Position numbers and translations under genes: made by a program
The notes under the pieces: model-generated
Database searches by the model: none
What the model saw: only the letters and a program-made list of their open reading frames with translations
Told to the model about the DNA's origin: nothing
Source: Pseudomonadota bacterium
GTDB taxonomy: Bacteria; Pseudomonadota; Gammaproteobacteria; Acidiferrobacterales; UBA6901
Length of the DNA stretch: 64,000 bases
Direction of reading: 5' to 3'
Assembly (NCBI GenBank): GCA_027364845.1
Contig: DAHXOO010000008.1
Location: 121-64,120, forward strand
In this document: positions 20,287 to 29,814 of the stretch, one piece after another
Position numbering within the stretch: the first letter of the stretch is position 1
Layout: every line of letters starts with the position of its first letter

Positions 20287-20556
20287 GATCTGGCCTGCGT
20301 TTATGGGGACTGCTACCTATCCTATCATCCGAAGCATTCTGGCAATAGGCGCGCAGTGGCCGGCATGCGCGTTGCGTCCACAAAGGACCGCTGGTCACGA
20401 AGCAGCGTCGCCCGAACACCTGGCCTCTACGACCCGCGGGTTGCTCGGTCGAACACTGCCAGCCGTCCGATGTCCGGGGTCTTAGCGCGAGCGCTTCCGG
20501 TCGACGAAGGTATCCGTCCTCGTGATGGGGGTTTCTCCTTACCAGCCCTGGTAGAG

Positions 20557-20580
20557 CTAGCCCATCTTTCGCTATTCGCC
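20557..20580. repeat. Left terminal inverted repeat of IS element
   Basis: Exact reverse complement of 22562-22585. Confidence 0.93.
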
Positions 20581-20715
20581 TCCCTATCAACTCCGTTCGT
20601 TGATTTTGGCTGGTCGTAACGCATTGAAGTGCTTCGCCTTTGATAAGGCCGACGTTGAAAAACCGCGTGTAGTGAAGACTTTGGTTGTTGCCAACGTCGC
20701 CCAAGCTTTTACACT

Positions 20716-22506
20716 GTGCGCATGTTTTTGAAATGCACCGAACGGCGCAAGGACGGCAAGACGCACCGCTACTGGAGCGTGGTCGAGAACCGTCGGCTGG
20801 CCAAAGGCCGTATCGCTCAGCGCCACGTCCTGTATCTGGGTGAGATCAGCGACACGCAACAACAGGCATGGCGTAACACCGTCGAGGTCTTTGATGAGGG
20901 TCGCGCGCGCCAACTCGCCCTGGTGGCGCATGATGCCGGGGCGCTGGATGAGACGGATGTCGTCAGCCTTCGAATCAATGAGCTTACGCTCAATCGCCCG
21001 CGCCAGTGGGGGGCCTGCTGGCTCGCCGGCGTGCTGTGGAACCAACTGGCGTTACCGGAGTTCTGGGAAGCGCGGCTGGGTGCCTCGCGCAAAGGCACCC
21101 GGTGGGCGGCCGTCCTGCAGACGCTCGTCACCTACCGACTGATCGATCCGGGCAGCGAATGGCGCCTGCATCGCCACTGGTTTACCTCAAGCGCGATGGC
21201 CGACTTACTCGATGCCGATTTTACATTGGCCGAGAAAGACACCTTGTACCGTTGCCTCGATAAGCTCCTGGTGCACAAGGATGATCTGATCTCGCATTTG
21301 CGGGCGCGTTGGGGTGAGCTCTTCGCGGTCCGCTTCGATGTGTTGCTCTACGATCTGACCTCCACGTATGTGGAGTCCGACACGCCCCGTGGGGAAGAGG
21401 ATCTGCGTCAGTACGGGTACAGCCGCGACAAGCGCGGCGATTGCCGGCAGGTGGTCATCGGCCTGATTGTCACCCCGGAGGGCTTCCCGTTGAGTTACGA
21501 GGTACTCGCCGGCAACACCGCGGATTGCACCACGCTCGGAGACTTCTTGAAGCGCATCGAGGCGCGTTACGGCAAGGCGAATCGAGTCTGGGTCATGGAC
21601 AGAGGTGTGCCGACGGAGGCCACGCTGGCACAAATGCGGGCCATGGGCGCTTTCTATCTGGTCGGCACACCCAAAGGACGGCTCACGAAATTGGAGGGCG
21701 ATTTACTGGCACAGCCTTGGCAGCGGGTGCGTGAAGGATTACAGGTGAAGCAACGGCCGCATGAAGGGGAAACCTATGTCCTGGCCGCGAGTGAGAAGCG
21801 CGTCAGTAAAGAGCGCGCCATGCGTAAGCGTCGTCTCAAAAAATATGTGGCCACCTTGAAGCAATTGCAGGCGAAGCTTCCGGCACGGGATCAATTATTG
21901 ATGCGCATCGGGGCAGCCAGAAAAGCGGCCGGACGCGCCGCTGGTCTGATCACCCTTGAGTTGCCCAAGACGGATGAGGCGGTCACGGCGCAAACTTTTT
22001 GCTTCGCGCTCGATCGCAAGAAGTTGCGGCGAGCGCGGCGTCGCGAAGGCCGCTATTTGCTGCGCACCAACTTAACCGGTGATGATCCCTCGCAACTGTG
22101 GACCTTCTATGTGCAGCTGACCGAGGTCGAGCAGGCCTTCAAGGAACTCAAACACGATCTCGCGATCCGTCCGCTTTACCATCAACTCGAACATCGCATC
22201 GAGGCGCACATCTTCGTGGCCTTCCTCGCCTATTGTTTGCAAGTCACTCTCAAATATCGGTTGAAGCACCGGGCACCGGGATTAACGCCACGGGTGGCGC
22301 TCGAGAAGTTCAAAACGATCCAGATGATCGATGTGCAGATACCCACGAGTGATGGGCGAACGCTCACGCTCTGCCGTTACACCCAACCCGAGCCCGAGCA
22401 TCGTATGTTGCTCGATGTGCTGCAGCTGCGGTTGCCCGCCCAACCGCCCCCAAAGATTACCGCCAAACAACTCCGCGCCACCGTTGCCGACACCCGCGTG
22501 GCGTAG
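20716..22506 (+). CDS. IS1634-family-like (IS4 superfamily DDE) transposase
   Basis: FLKCTERRKDGKTHRYWSVVENRRLAKGRIAQRHVLYLGEISDTQQQAW; VWVMDRGVPTE; AFKELKHDLAIRPLYHQLEHRIEAHIFVAFLAYCL (YREK-type region). Confidence 0.92.
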   Translation: MRMFLKCTERRKDGKTHRYWSVVENRRLAKGRIAQRHVLYLGEISDTQQQAWRNTVEVFDEGRARQLALVAHDAGALDETDVVSLRINELTLNRPRQWGACWLAGVLWNQLALPEFWEARLGASRKGTRWAAVLQTLVTYRLIDPGSEWRLHRHWFTSSAMADLLDADFTLAEKDTLYRCLDKLLVHKDDLISHLRARWGELFAVRFDVLLYDLTSTYVESDTPRGEEDLRQYGYSRDKRGDCRQVVIGLIVTPEGFPLSYEVLAGNTADCTTLGDFLKRIEARYGKANRVWVMDRGVPTEATLAQMRAMGAFYLVGTPKGRLTKLEGDLLAQPWQRVREGLQVKQRPHEGETYVLAASEKRVSKERAMRKRRLKKYVATLKQLQAKLPARDQLLMRIGAARKAAGRAAGLITLELPKTDEAVTAQTFCFALDRKKLRRARRREGRYLLRTNLTGDDPSQLWTFYVQLTEVEQAFKELKHDLAIRPLYHQLEHRIEAHIFVAFLAYCLQVTLKYRLKHRAPGLTPRVALEKFKTIQMIDVQIPTSDGRTLTLCRYTQPEPEHRMLLDVLQLRLPAQPPPKITAKQLRATVADTRVA

Positions 22507-22561
22507 TGCAGACTTTTAAGACCGCTACTCGATAAATCAAAGAGTTAGGATCGTCAGTACG

Positions 22562-22585
22562 GGCGAATAGCGAAAGATGGGCTAG
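22562..22585. repeat. Right terminal inverted repeat of IS element
   Basis: Exact reverse complement of 20557-20580. Confidence 0.93.
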
Positions 22586-22871
22586 ACATTCCATTCGAGA
22601 CTGACTGGACTCACCGACAGCCGTTTGTGCCAAATTGGCGTGAAACACCTACGCTTATGAAATTGCTGTCGGACGGTAGGTGCTCAATGTCTGAACAGAA
22701 GAAACTGAAGAGGGTGTCAGCAACCAGCGTGGGCTCTATCACGCTGGCGGTGCGCCGCCGGAATGGTCAACCCGGAAGGGTGAGCAGTCGCAACGTGTTG
22801 TCAGTTCAGCGCATCCTGCAAAATCGCCGCCCTGGAAGAGGCTGACCGGACGACGTTGGGACATTCGTGAT

Positions 22872-25800
22872 TCAGGGCAAATCAATCCGATAGTATAGGT
22901 CTACGCCACTGCCGACAGTACCCCCCTCGGTCTGCAACTCGACCGACTGGGTAAGGCGGTAGCGTAGACGCGCCACGGTACCGGCCCCAAAAATGGATTG
23001 GCCGATGCTGACGTAGAGATGCGGCGTCAGATAATGTCCCAAGGTGACCATGGTGCCGGCAAGCCCCTCGGCTTGGGTGGAACTGGTGCCCAGATTGGCA
23101 AAGCCCACGTCACCCAAAAGATTCTGCCTGAACAAAGTCGCCTGGGTGGTGGAGAAGAGCTGGCCGGCCGCCGCGGCCAGCAGGTTGTTCTGGCTTTGCA
23201 GTCCGCTTGCCGGGTATCCGAAGATCAGATAGGAGAGGACGTCAGTATCGGACATGGCGGGCACTGAGTAGAGCCGCACCTGGGGCGACTGCAAGGTGCC
23301 AGTCACCTGTACGCCCGCCTGTATCCTCTCTTGATTCATCCCGAAACTGGTAGCAGCGATGTGGCGCAGTGCCAGGACGTCCAGCACCGCCAGATTCGGT
23401 GGCCCATGAAAGCGGATGACACCCCGGGTGAAATTCAAGTTCTTACCATAGATCTGATAGCGGCCGTTGACCATGTGCAGCACCCCTTCCACCTGGGGCG
23501 GCTGCCCACCTTGGACCCTGACCTGAAGATTTCCCTGTAGGTCAGATTGCAGACCACCCATGATAACTTTGGCATCATTACCCAGGGCGATACGCAAACT
23601 GCCGTCGAAGGTGGGACCGCTGCCGGATTCAGCTTGGGTTTTCACAAACACCACGTCCGCGCTCGGGCGCACGCCGCCGATCTGACTTCCCAGGATGTGC
23701 AATTGGTCTGCGGTTACATCCCCCGTGATGCCGATACGCCGCCAACCGCCCTCTATGGTGATGTTCGGTGTCACGGCAGCGGTGACTTCCGGCAGGTTGA
23801 GAATGGCGAAGTCCTTGCCGGTCACCTGCATCTGGTAATGGGATGGGGTAAAACCAGATAGCGTGACCATCCCCTGCCCGCCGATGCTTCCTTTCCCTGA
23901 AGTCGCGTGAAATTGGCTGATGGTCAACCGCTCGCCTTCGGCCTGCAACTGCGCGCCGATCCCGGTCACGGTGATGCCTGCTTGGGGGATGAAAACAGCA
24001 GCGTCTCGCAACGCCGCACGGCCGCTCCACTTGGGGTGCTCCCAGGTTCCAGCAAGTTTGAGATTGCCGCTGAATCGCCAAGTGGGGCGTACAGTCACTT
24101 GGCGAAGTGGGGCAGCTAACAGCAGGCTGTGCCTGATATTGAAAAGGAATTTCCCCTGCACTGGGCCCGCCGGTGGCCATTGGAACGGGATGCCTAAGGA
24201 AATGGGCAAGGTCGCGGTCGCCTGTGCCACACCGAAACCTTGAGCCAGACTTAGCCGGCTTTCGATGTTGAGCACCTTGTGTGCCGCATGCAGGTGGCCG
24301 GCCCAAGATGATATGGGAACCTGGATTGTCCGGCCCGCCGGCTCGCGCCAAATGAGCATGGCTTCCCGCAGGTTGGCGTCTCCATCGCCCGTGCAGTGCC
24401 CCGCGCACCGGGCGACGAGATCGAGATCGGTCCGCCCCTTCACCTGCACCTCCCCCGAAGCGGAAGCCAGGTCCAGCGGAAGAGCGCGGACGTGCAAAGA
24501 TCCCTGTCCTTTCCGGTCGGCAAAAGTCCAATTTCCCTCCAAACGGATACTGGCCCCCCGGCTGTCAGCGAGACTCACGGTGGAGATCGCGAGACGTCCG
24601 CTGCTCCAGTCGATCCGGACCGGCGCCGTCAGATCCCAGTGGCCGAGGCGCTGGCCTTCGACCCCCAGGCGCTGCAAGACCGTATTCCACACAGCTGCGT
24701 GGCGCGATACCTTGGCGGCGAGGTGTATCACATCGTCCCGCCAGTGGACCTCAATACGACTCTCGAAGGCAGCCAGCGTACCCTGGGCATGGACATCCAA
24801 AGCGATATCTTCTCCGGCGACATGGACCCCCTGGGCCTGCAGATCCATATTGGTCTTACCGTCCGCGCGTGATGTAGCGGTAAGGTGCAAGGCGGCCACC
24901 CGGTAAGCATCGAAACTCAGCCCCTGCGCCTGGCCCTTTATTTGGCCCTGCCAGCGCCCGTTGGGGTGGGCTACCCAGCCCGAAATACGGCTTCCCCCCC
25001 GAAACTTTGGAAAAATGCCGGCCCATCGAGAGACCTGGGCAGTAAAATCAATCCGCCTCTCCAGCTCTCCAGCAGCAGTCAAGTTCAGACCGGGGCCTTT
25101 GAGGTCCAAGGCGTCCACCCGAAAGACACGCGGTGCAAAGCTTAGTCGGACCTGGCCTCGCAGGCTCTGCCGATAGACGTAACTGGGGCCAAGATCCAAA
25201 GTCAGATTTCCTCCCGATCCGTTGATCTCTTTCGCCAATCGCAGCCCCAGAGTGCCATTCAAGTTGGCTTGCACGTGCGGCAGCAGCATTCCTGGATTCA
25301 CGCCAGTAAATGTCAGGCTCGCCGCAACGTGCCAACTGGGGCGCCATCTCAGCCTTAGCCACCCTCCTGTCGAAAGCCCTCCCAGAAGACGGCCGGAAAC
25401 AGAGGCCATCCGGAATCCGGCTTCGTTCCCCGCAAGATCTCCGGCCAGCTGCCAATGGAACTTGGGGGCCTGAAACACGATATGCCCGTGGTAGGCCAGA
25501 GGGTTGCCTTCCAGTTGCAGATCCACGGCATAGGGCGCGGCGGAAATGGTCTTGGGCAAATCCAGCAGATATAGGTCCTTCCCGTGCAGACTTAAACGAT
25601 AGGGTTGCGAAGGAGGACCGAGAGAAAGGACGGCATCCACCAGAGCCGGTTGGCTCAATTGGGGAATAAGCACGCGCGCGTTGCGCAGTTGGAAAGCATG
25701 TCGCTCCAGAAAGAGATCCGCGGTGACAGTCATGGGGAGATTGCCTTCAATGCGGACAGCCACCGGCCCACCCATAGCCGCCATGCTGGGCTTCCAGTCG

Positions 25801-26420
25801 ACGCCCCAGACGGCGCGCGTACCGGGCGAGGTCCAGCTACCGAATGTCTTCAGGCTGTGCACGGTCCATCCCAGATCCAGGGAACCTTCCGCCTGCCCCT
25901 CAGGCAAAGCAAAGCGAAAATGGCTCGAATGCAGTCCCTCGCCAGTCCACGCCAATTCTCCCGCAAAGTACCGCAAGTCGAACTGCTGTTGATGCCCTCT
26001 CCGCAATGTCAGCCGCGCGAGGTCCAGGTGCTCGATTCGCACATGCAAGAGATGGGACCACAGAGGCATTGGCGGCAGGGAAAGATCCGGCACTTCCGCA
26101 AGTTTTTTCGACGACGCCAGATGGATCTCTGCGCCGCGCACCCGCAGTGTTCTGACCAAGACCTGCCTCTGCCATAAGGCCACCGGCATCCAGTCAAGGT
26201 CGAGATGATCGACCACCACCCACTCCGCGCCTGCACGCCAATGCACTCCCTGCAATTCCAAAGGGCCCGCCAGGCTACCCTGCACGGACACTACCTCCAG
26301 GCCAGGAATGCGCTTCAGGGCCCAAAGGGCCCCGGCAGGAGTGAAAAACAACCAGTACCAGACCCAGGCCACTGCCAACAAAGGCAGAGCGAACAAAAGA
26401 GAGACGAGAACCCGTCTCAC
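22872..26420 (-). CDS. tamB: translocation/assembly module protein TamB-like
   Basis: 1182 aa; N-terminal TM anchor; C-terminal DUF490 region (MVNGRYQIYGKNLNFTRGVIRFHGPPNLAVLDVLALR..., SDTDVLSYLIFGYPASGLQ, RYRLTQSVELQTEGGTVGSGVDLYYRIDLP); overlaps tamA stop. Confidence 0.92.
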   Translation of the reverse strand: MRRVLVSLLFALPLLAVAWVWYWLFFTPAGALWALKRIPGLEVVSVQGSLAGPLELQGVHWRAGAEWVVVDHLDLDWMPVALWQRQVLVRTLRVRGAEIHLASSKKLAEVPDLSLPPMPLWSHLLHVRIEHLDLARLTLRRGHQQQFDLRYFAGELAWTGEGLHSSHFRFALPEGQAEGSLDLGWTVHSLKTFGSWTSPGTRAVWGVDWKPSMAAMGGPVAVRIEGNLPMTVTADLFLERHAFQLRNARVLIPQLSQPALVDAVLSLGPPSQPYRLSLHGKDLYLLDLPKTISAAPYAVDLQLEGNPLAYHGHIVFQAPKFHWQLAGDLAGNEAGFRMASVSGRLLGGLSTGGWLRLRWRPSWHVAASLTFTGVNPGMLLPHVQANLNGTLGLRLAKEINGSGGNLTLDLGPSYVYRQSLRGQVRLSFAPRVFRVDALDLKGPGLNLTAAGELERRIDFTAQVSRWAGIFPKFRGGSRISGWVAHPNGRWQGQIKGQAQGLSFDAYRVAALHLTATSRADGKTNMDLQAQGVHVAGEDIALDVHAQGTLAAFESRIEVHWRDDVIHLAAKVSRHAAVWNTVLQRLGVEGQRLGHWDLTAPVRIDWSSGRLAISTVSLADSRGASIRLEGNWTFADRKGQGSLHVRALPLDLASASGEVQVKGRTDLDLVARCAGHCTGDGDANLREAMLIWREPAGRTIQVPISSWAGHLHAAHKVLNIESRLSLAQGFGVAQATATLPISLGIPFQWPPAGPVQGKFLFNIRHSLLLAAPLRQVTVRPTWRFSGNLKLAGTWEHPKWSGRAALRDAAVFIPQAGITVTGIGAQLQAEGERLTISQFHATSGKGSIGGQGMVTLSGFTPSHYQMQVTGKDFAILNLPEVTAAVTPNITIEGGWRRIGITGDVTADQLHILGSQIGGVRPSADVVFVKTQAESGSGPTFDGSLRIALGNDAKVIMGGLQSDLQGNLQVRVQGGQPPQVEGVLHMVNGRYQIYGKNLNFTRGVIRFHGPPNLAVLDVLALRHIAATSFGMNQERIQAGVQVTGTLQSPQVRLYSVPAMSDTDVLSYLIFGYPASGLQSQNNLLAAAAGQLFSTTQATLFRQNLLGDVGFANLGTSSTQAEGLAGTMVTLGHYLTPHLYVSIGQSIFGAGTVARLRYRLTQSVELQTEGGTVGSGVDLYYRIDLP

Positions 26421-28183
26421 AGACTGACTCCCACGGAGAAAATCACGCGCAGGTACGGGGCACGGGGGCTAACCAACGGATGGGCGACGTCTAAGCGTAC
26501 CGGGCCGAAGGGTGAGTACCAGCGCACGCCAATCCCCACGTCTCGCAGGACACGGAACTCAGCAAAGTTATTGAAAGCATTGCCGACGTGATAAAAGATC
26601 ACTATGCCCCAATCCTTCCGGATGAACCGTTCCACCTCCGCGCCACCCACCAGAAGGTCGCTGCCGCCCAACACCACACCGTTCAGCTCCGGACCTTGAG
26701 AAAGATAGGCATAACCCGGCAAGGTGCTCTGGCCGCCGGCGAAAAAGCGCAGGGTGGGCGGCAGGAGGTCGATGGAACCCGGTAACCAGGTGGCTCCTGC
26801 CTCTCCCCGCAGCCCCACACCCCATTTGGTGCTCAAGAAGTGGCGCCATACTCCATGCACACGCATTTGCGCGAAATTCGCATCACTAGCCAGCGCCCGC
26901 GTCCCGCCCTGGATGGTAACGTCCCAGGAATAACCTTCCAGGGGACGTACCGGATTTGGAAAACCCTGCACCGAGTAACGCAGGGAAGGGATAATGAAAC
27001 GCGCCCGACCGGACAGTCCATCAATGCTATAGTTAATTTTCTGATAGGACAGCAGCGCGCCAAGGTTAGCGCCGCCCCCCATATACCAGTCACGCCCAAA
27101 ACCGGTGTCGAAGACATCGGCACTGTACGGCACCAGATTCAAATGCCGGAAGCTGGCTTCAGCGATGTACCGGGAACCGAGGCGATCCCCCACCGGCCAT
27201 GTGTAGCTGGCGCCTACATCCAGGGTCCGCTGAGCCAGGGTCAATGACAGGTGCGCGTGCTGACCGCGGCGAAAAGCGTTGTAATTATCGTAGCCCAGCC
27301 CCAGGTTGGCACCCAGATCCGAGCTGTAGCCCACCCCCACCTTCAGGCGCTTGGGCCGGAGAGATTTTAGTATTACCGTCACGGGTATACGCCCGTCCCT
27401 GGCATGCTGCAGATCAGAAAGAACAGCAATCTCCGAAAACCTGTCGGCATTGCGGAGATTAGCCTGGGTGCTCGCGAGTCGGGTCGAGCTGTACCAGTCA
27501 CCAGGGCCAAAGTCCAAATAGCGAGCGAGGAAGCGGCGAGGATAGGTCTTTGCCCCCTGAAAGACGACTTTGCCGAAGCGATAACGGCTGCCGCTGTTCA
27601 CGGTGAGGAAGATGTCCGCCCAGTGCTCCTTCCGATCGATGAGAATTTCATGACGGGAGAAATCGGCTCTGGCGTAGCCTTCCGCATGGAGGGCGTTCAG
27701 GGTCTTGGCCTTCCAGTCGTCATAGAGGGACTGATCGAGGGCTTCTCCTTGCCGCAGCGGGAACATCTCAAGCAATTGATGCAGGACCGGAACCCCGCTG
27801 CCGGGCCCCTCTGCACGCAGGGTGGCGTTTCGCACCATGATGCGCGGACCAAGTCGAAGCGCGAAGGTCAGGATGTAATCGCTTCCCCGTTGGACAACAT
27901 GCTCCTTCCAGCGGGCATCGTAATACCCGTATACCTCCAGGGCCTGGCGCAGCCGGAGGGCCGCCGCCATCCGGGCATCGGTGAGCCCCGCGAGAGGGTC
28001 GACTATGGGCGCCGGCGGCATGACATTCGCCAGGTGGCTGCGCAGGACGCCCGGAGCGCCGGTGATCCGGAAGCGCAGCTCCGCCGCCCAAACGGGAGAC
28101 ATCATCAGCAATCCCCAACTCAGGAGCAACCCGCTGACGAGAATTGGCTTGCGCTGCTTCAAAAACAGTCCGCGTCCATCCAT
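26417..28183 (-). CDS. tamA: autotransporter assembly complex protein TamA (Omp85/BamA family)
   Basis: POTRA domains and Omp85 C-terminus (LRFFAGGQSTLPGYAYLSQGPELNGVVLGGSDLLVGGAEVERFIRKDWGIVIFYHVGNAFN...GIGVRWYSPFGPVRLDVAHPL). Confidence 0.93.
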   Translation of the reverse strand: MDGRGLFLKQRKPILVSGLLLSWGLLMMSPVWAAELRFRITGAPGVLRSHLANVMPPAPIVDPLAGLTDARMAAALRLRQALEVYGYYDARWKEHVVQRGSDYILTFALRLGPRIMVRNATLRAEGPGSGVPVLHQLLEMFPLRQGEALDQSLYDDWKAKTLNALHAEGYARADFSRHEILIDRKEHWADIFLTVNSGSRYRFGKVVFQGAKTYPRRFLARYLDFGPGDWYSSTRLASTQANLRNADRFSEIAVLSDLQHARDGRIPVTVILKSLRPKRLKVGVGYSSDLGANLGLGYDNYNAFRRGQHAHLSLTLAQRTLDVGASYTWPVGDRLGSRYIAEASFRHLNLVPYSADVFDTGFGRDWYMGGGANLGALLSYQKINYSIDGLSGRARFIIPSLRYSVQGFPNPVRPLEGYSWDVTIQGGTRALASDANFAQMRVHGVWRHFLSTKWGVGLRGEAGATWLPGSIDLLPPTLRFFAGGQSTLPGYAYLSQGPELNGVVLGGSDLLVGGAEVERFIRKDWGIVIFYHVGNAFNNFAEFRVLRDVGIGVRWYSPFGPVRLDVAHPLVSPRAPYLRVIFSVGVSL

Positions 28184-28189
28184 TGCCTG

Positions 28190-28341
28190 TGCCGAACCTT
28201 GGATACCCGGATGCCAAGCGTTTTAGCTGAGTTCGACAGACGCTGTAACGCGCTGGAATGAGAGAAACCTTGCTCTAGCACCGGCTCAATGGCTTCTGCC
28301 TGAAACTCCTTCGCGTGTTTCTGACTTGGTGGCTTTTCCAT
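28190..28341 (-). pseudogene. possible IS3-type orfA (HTH) transposase remnant
   Basis: MEKPPSQKHAKEFQAEAIEPVLEQGFSHSSALQRLSNSAKTLGIRVS resembles the '..YSxEFKxEAVxLVxExGxSxxxxAxxLGI..' N-terminus; ORF then runs into tamA start. Confidence 0.45.
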
Positions 28342-28559
28342 CCAATGCCTCCGATATTCACATTATCAAGCTGAAGCTGCTGCTTTTCCGAGCCCAGCAC
28401 AGAGATGTTGTCCGATTCCATCCTGCGGGCCTGCCGCTTCCGGGCAGTGGCTGAATGTAACCCTGCGGATCAGCCTGGGCGGGAGGCCCGTCTGTAGCAA
28501 GAGCGCGGCGACACAGCTGATGGCAGCCAAAAATGTCAACGCGCGATCCAGGTTACGGG

Positions 28560-28850
28560 CATCAACCAAGCTGCGACTGTAGAATGCCGGATGTATCCCG
28601 CCAGCATGAAGGATCTCCACGGCTGCGAAATCATAGGCTTTGCGAAAGGCGGCCGTGCGACCCAAGACCCAGCGGGCCCGTGGTCTGCTTCAGGCCGTTG
28701 CCGCCAGGTGATCCGCGCCATAGAAACTGCCACGACAACGCTCTGGCGGAAAGCTTCAGGAGCAGATGCAAATACGAACTGTTGCATCGGTACTGTCATA
28801 GAACCGCCGAGCAGACACGCTGTGAGATCACTAATACATCAAAATCTTCC
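28560..28850 (+). pseudogene. degenerate IS3-family orfB (integrase) fragment with frameshifts
   Basis: MYPASMKDLHGCEIIGFAKGGRAT (frame of ORF 28591) followed in another frame by NCHDNALAESFRSRCKYELLHRYCHRTAEQTRCEI, characteristic of rve transposases. Confidence 0.75.
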
Positions 28851-29047
28851 AAGATCGCAAGCAGCGGCACTCGCGATCCAGGTATTCATCGCCGGCGGCA
28901 TACACGCACTGGTACCGCCGTCGGCGGCAAATGGCATGATACGGCAATTTTTAGATTCTACTATTGTCGATCGTGGGTCATGAGGCCGTTGACCGGAACG
29001 ACGTCCGGCCCTATATTTGATACAAGATCACTTCAGACAAGCGGGAC

Positions 29048-29275
29048 ATGGACAGCGAAAACCTGGCAAAACTTGAAGAGCGCATCAATGAGCTCATCGA
29101 TACCTGCCGACGCTTAAATCGCGAAAATCATGCGCTGCAGTCGGATCGCAGGAATCTTGCAGACGAGCACGGAAATCTTGCGGACGAGCACGCACGCCTG
29201 GTGGAGAAAACCCAGATCGCGCGCGCGCGCATCGAGGCGATGATCGGCCGCTTAAAGGCACTGGAGCGCAGCTAA
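29048..29275 (+). CDS. zapB: ZapB-like cell division coiled-coil protein (TIGR02449-type)
   Basis: Short coiled coil LAKLEERINELIDTCRRLNRENHALQSDRRNLADEHGNLADEHARL directly upstream of zapA. Confidence 0.75.
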   Translation: MDSENLAKLEERINELIDTCRRLNRENHALQSDRRNLADEHGNLADEHARLVEKTQIARARIEAMIGRLKALERS

Positions 29276-29581
29276 GTGAAGACCGCGCAGGGGGGAGTCA
29301 ACATTTCGATTCTGGGCAAGGATCTAATGGTAGCGTGCCCAGACAGTGAACGCACTGCACTGATTGCCGCTGCGCGTTATCTCGACGAGAAGATGCGCGA
29401 AATCCAGGACAGCGGGAAGGTCATCGGAGCCGAGCGCTGCGCGGTAATGGCTGCGCTGAACCTCGCCAATGAGCTTCTGGAATTGCGCAAGCAGGCTACG
29501 AGCGTTCCGGCCGACATCGATCACCGGCTGCAGTTTCTGCGGGGCAAGATTGATGCTGCCTTGCATGAAGAGATCCTGTAA
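29276..29581 (+). CDS. zapA: cell division protein ZapA (GTG start)
   Basis: VNISILGKDLMVACPDSERTALIAAARYLDEKMREIQDSGKVIGAERCAVMAALNLANELL. Confidence 0.92.
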   Translation: MKTAQGGVNISILGKDLMVACPDSERTALIAAARYLDEKMREIQDSGKVIGAERCAVMAALNLANELLELRKQATSVPADIDHRLQFLRGKIDAALHEEIL

Positions 29582-29616
29582 ATTTTGCTTTTCTCGATTT
29601 TGGCATGCAGAGTTAT

Positions 29617-29804
29617 GGCGCCCTCTGCAGTGTACGTATCCGCTTTTGGTCCCTTGAACCTATATTTTCAATGCCTGGGGGCCGCTAAAGCAGATGCTGT
29701 TGTGCAAGTCCGCCTCGTAGCGGAACGCCTGATGTGTCTCAGTGGCTCCCACCTGGACCTTCGGTTCAGGGCAAAGGGGCGGTACGGCACAGGCGGAGGG
29801 CGCC
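29617..29804 (+). ncRNA. ssrS: 6S RNA
   Basis: Located between zapA and 5-FCL gene; closing stem GGCGCCCTCTGC/GCGGAGGGCGCC; conserved blocks CCCTTGAACCTATATTTTCAATGCC and CACCTGGACCTTCGGTTCAGGGCAAAGGGGCGG resemble E. coli 6S RNA. Confidence 0.9.
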
Positions 29805-29814
29805 TCCTTTTCGT

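Larger units (their letters stand above)
20557..22585 (+). mobile_element. Complete IS element (IS1634/IS4-like), bounded by 24-bp perfect inverted repeats including CTAG at both ends
   Basis: Left CTAGCCCATCTTTCGCTATTCGCC (20557-20580) and right GGCGAATAGCGAAAGATGGGCTAG (22562-22585) flank a full transposase ORF. Confidence 0.93.

Noticed and set aside
23629-24531. 300-aa minus-strand ORF within tamB in another frame
   Set aside because: Low-complexity Arg/Gly/Pro-rich alternate frame of tamB.
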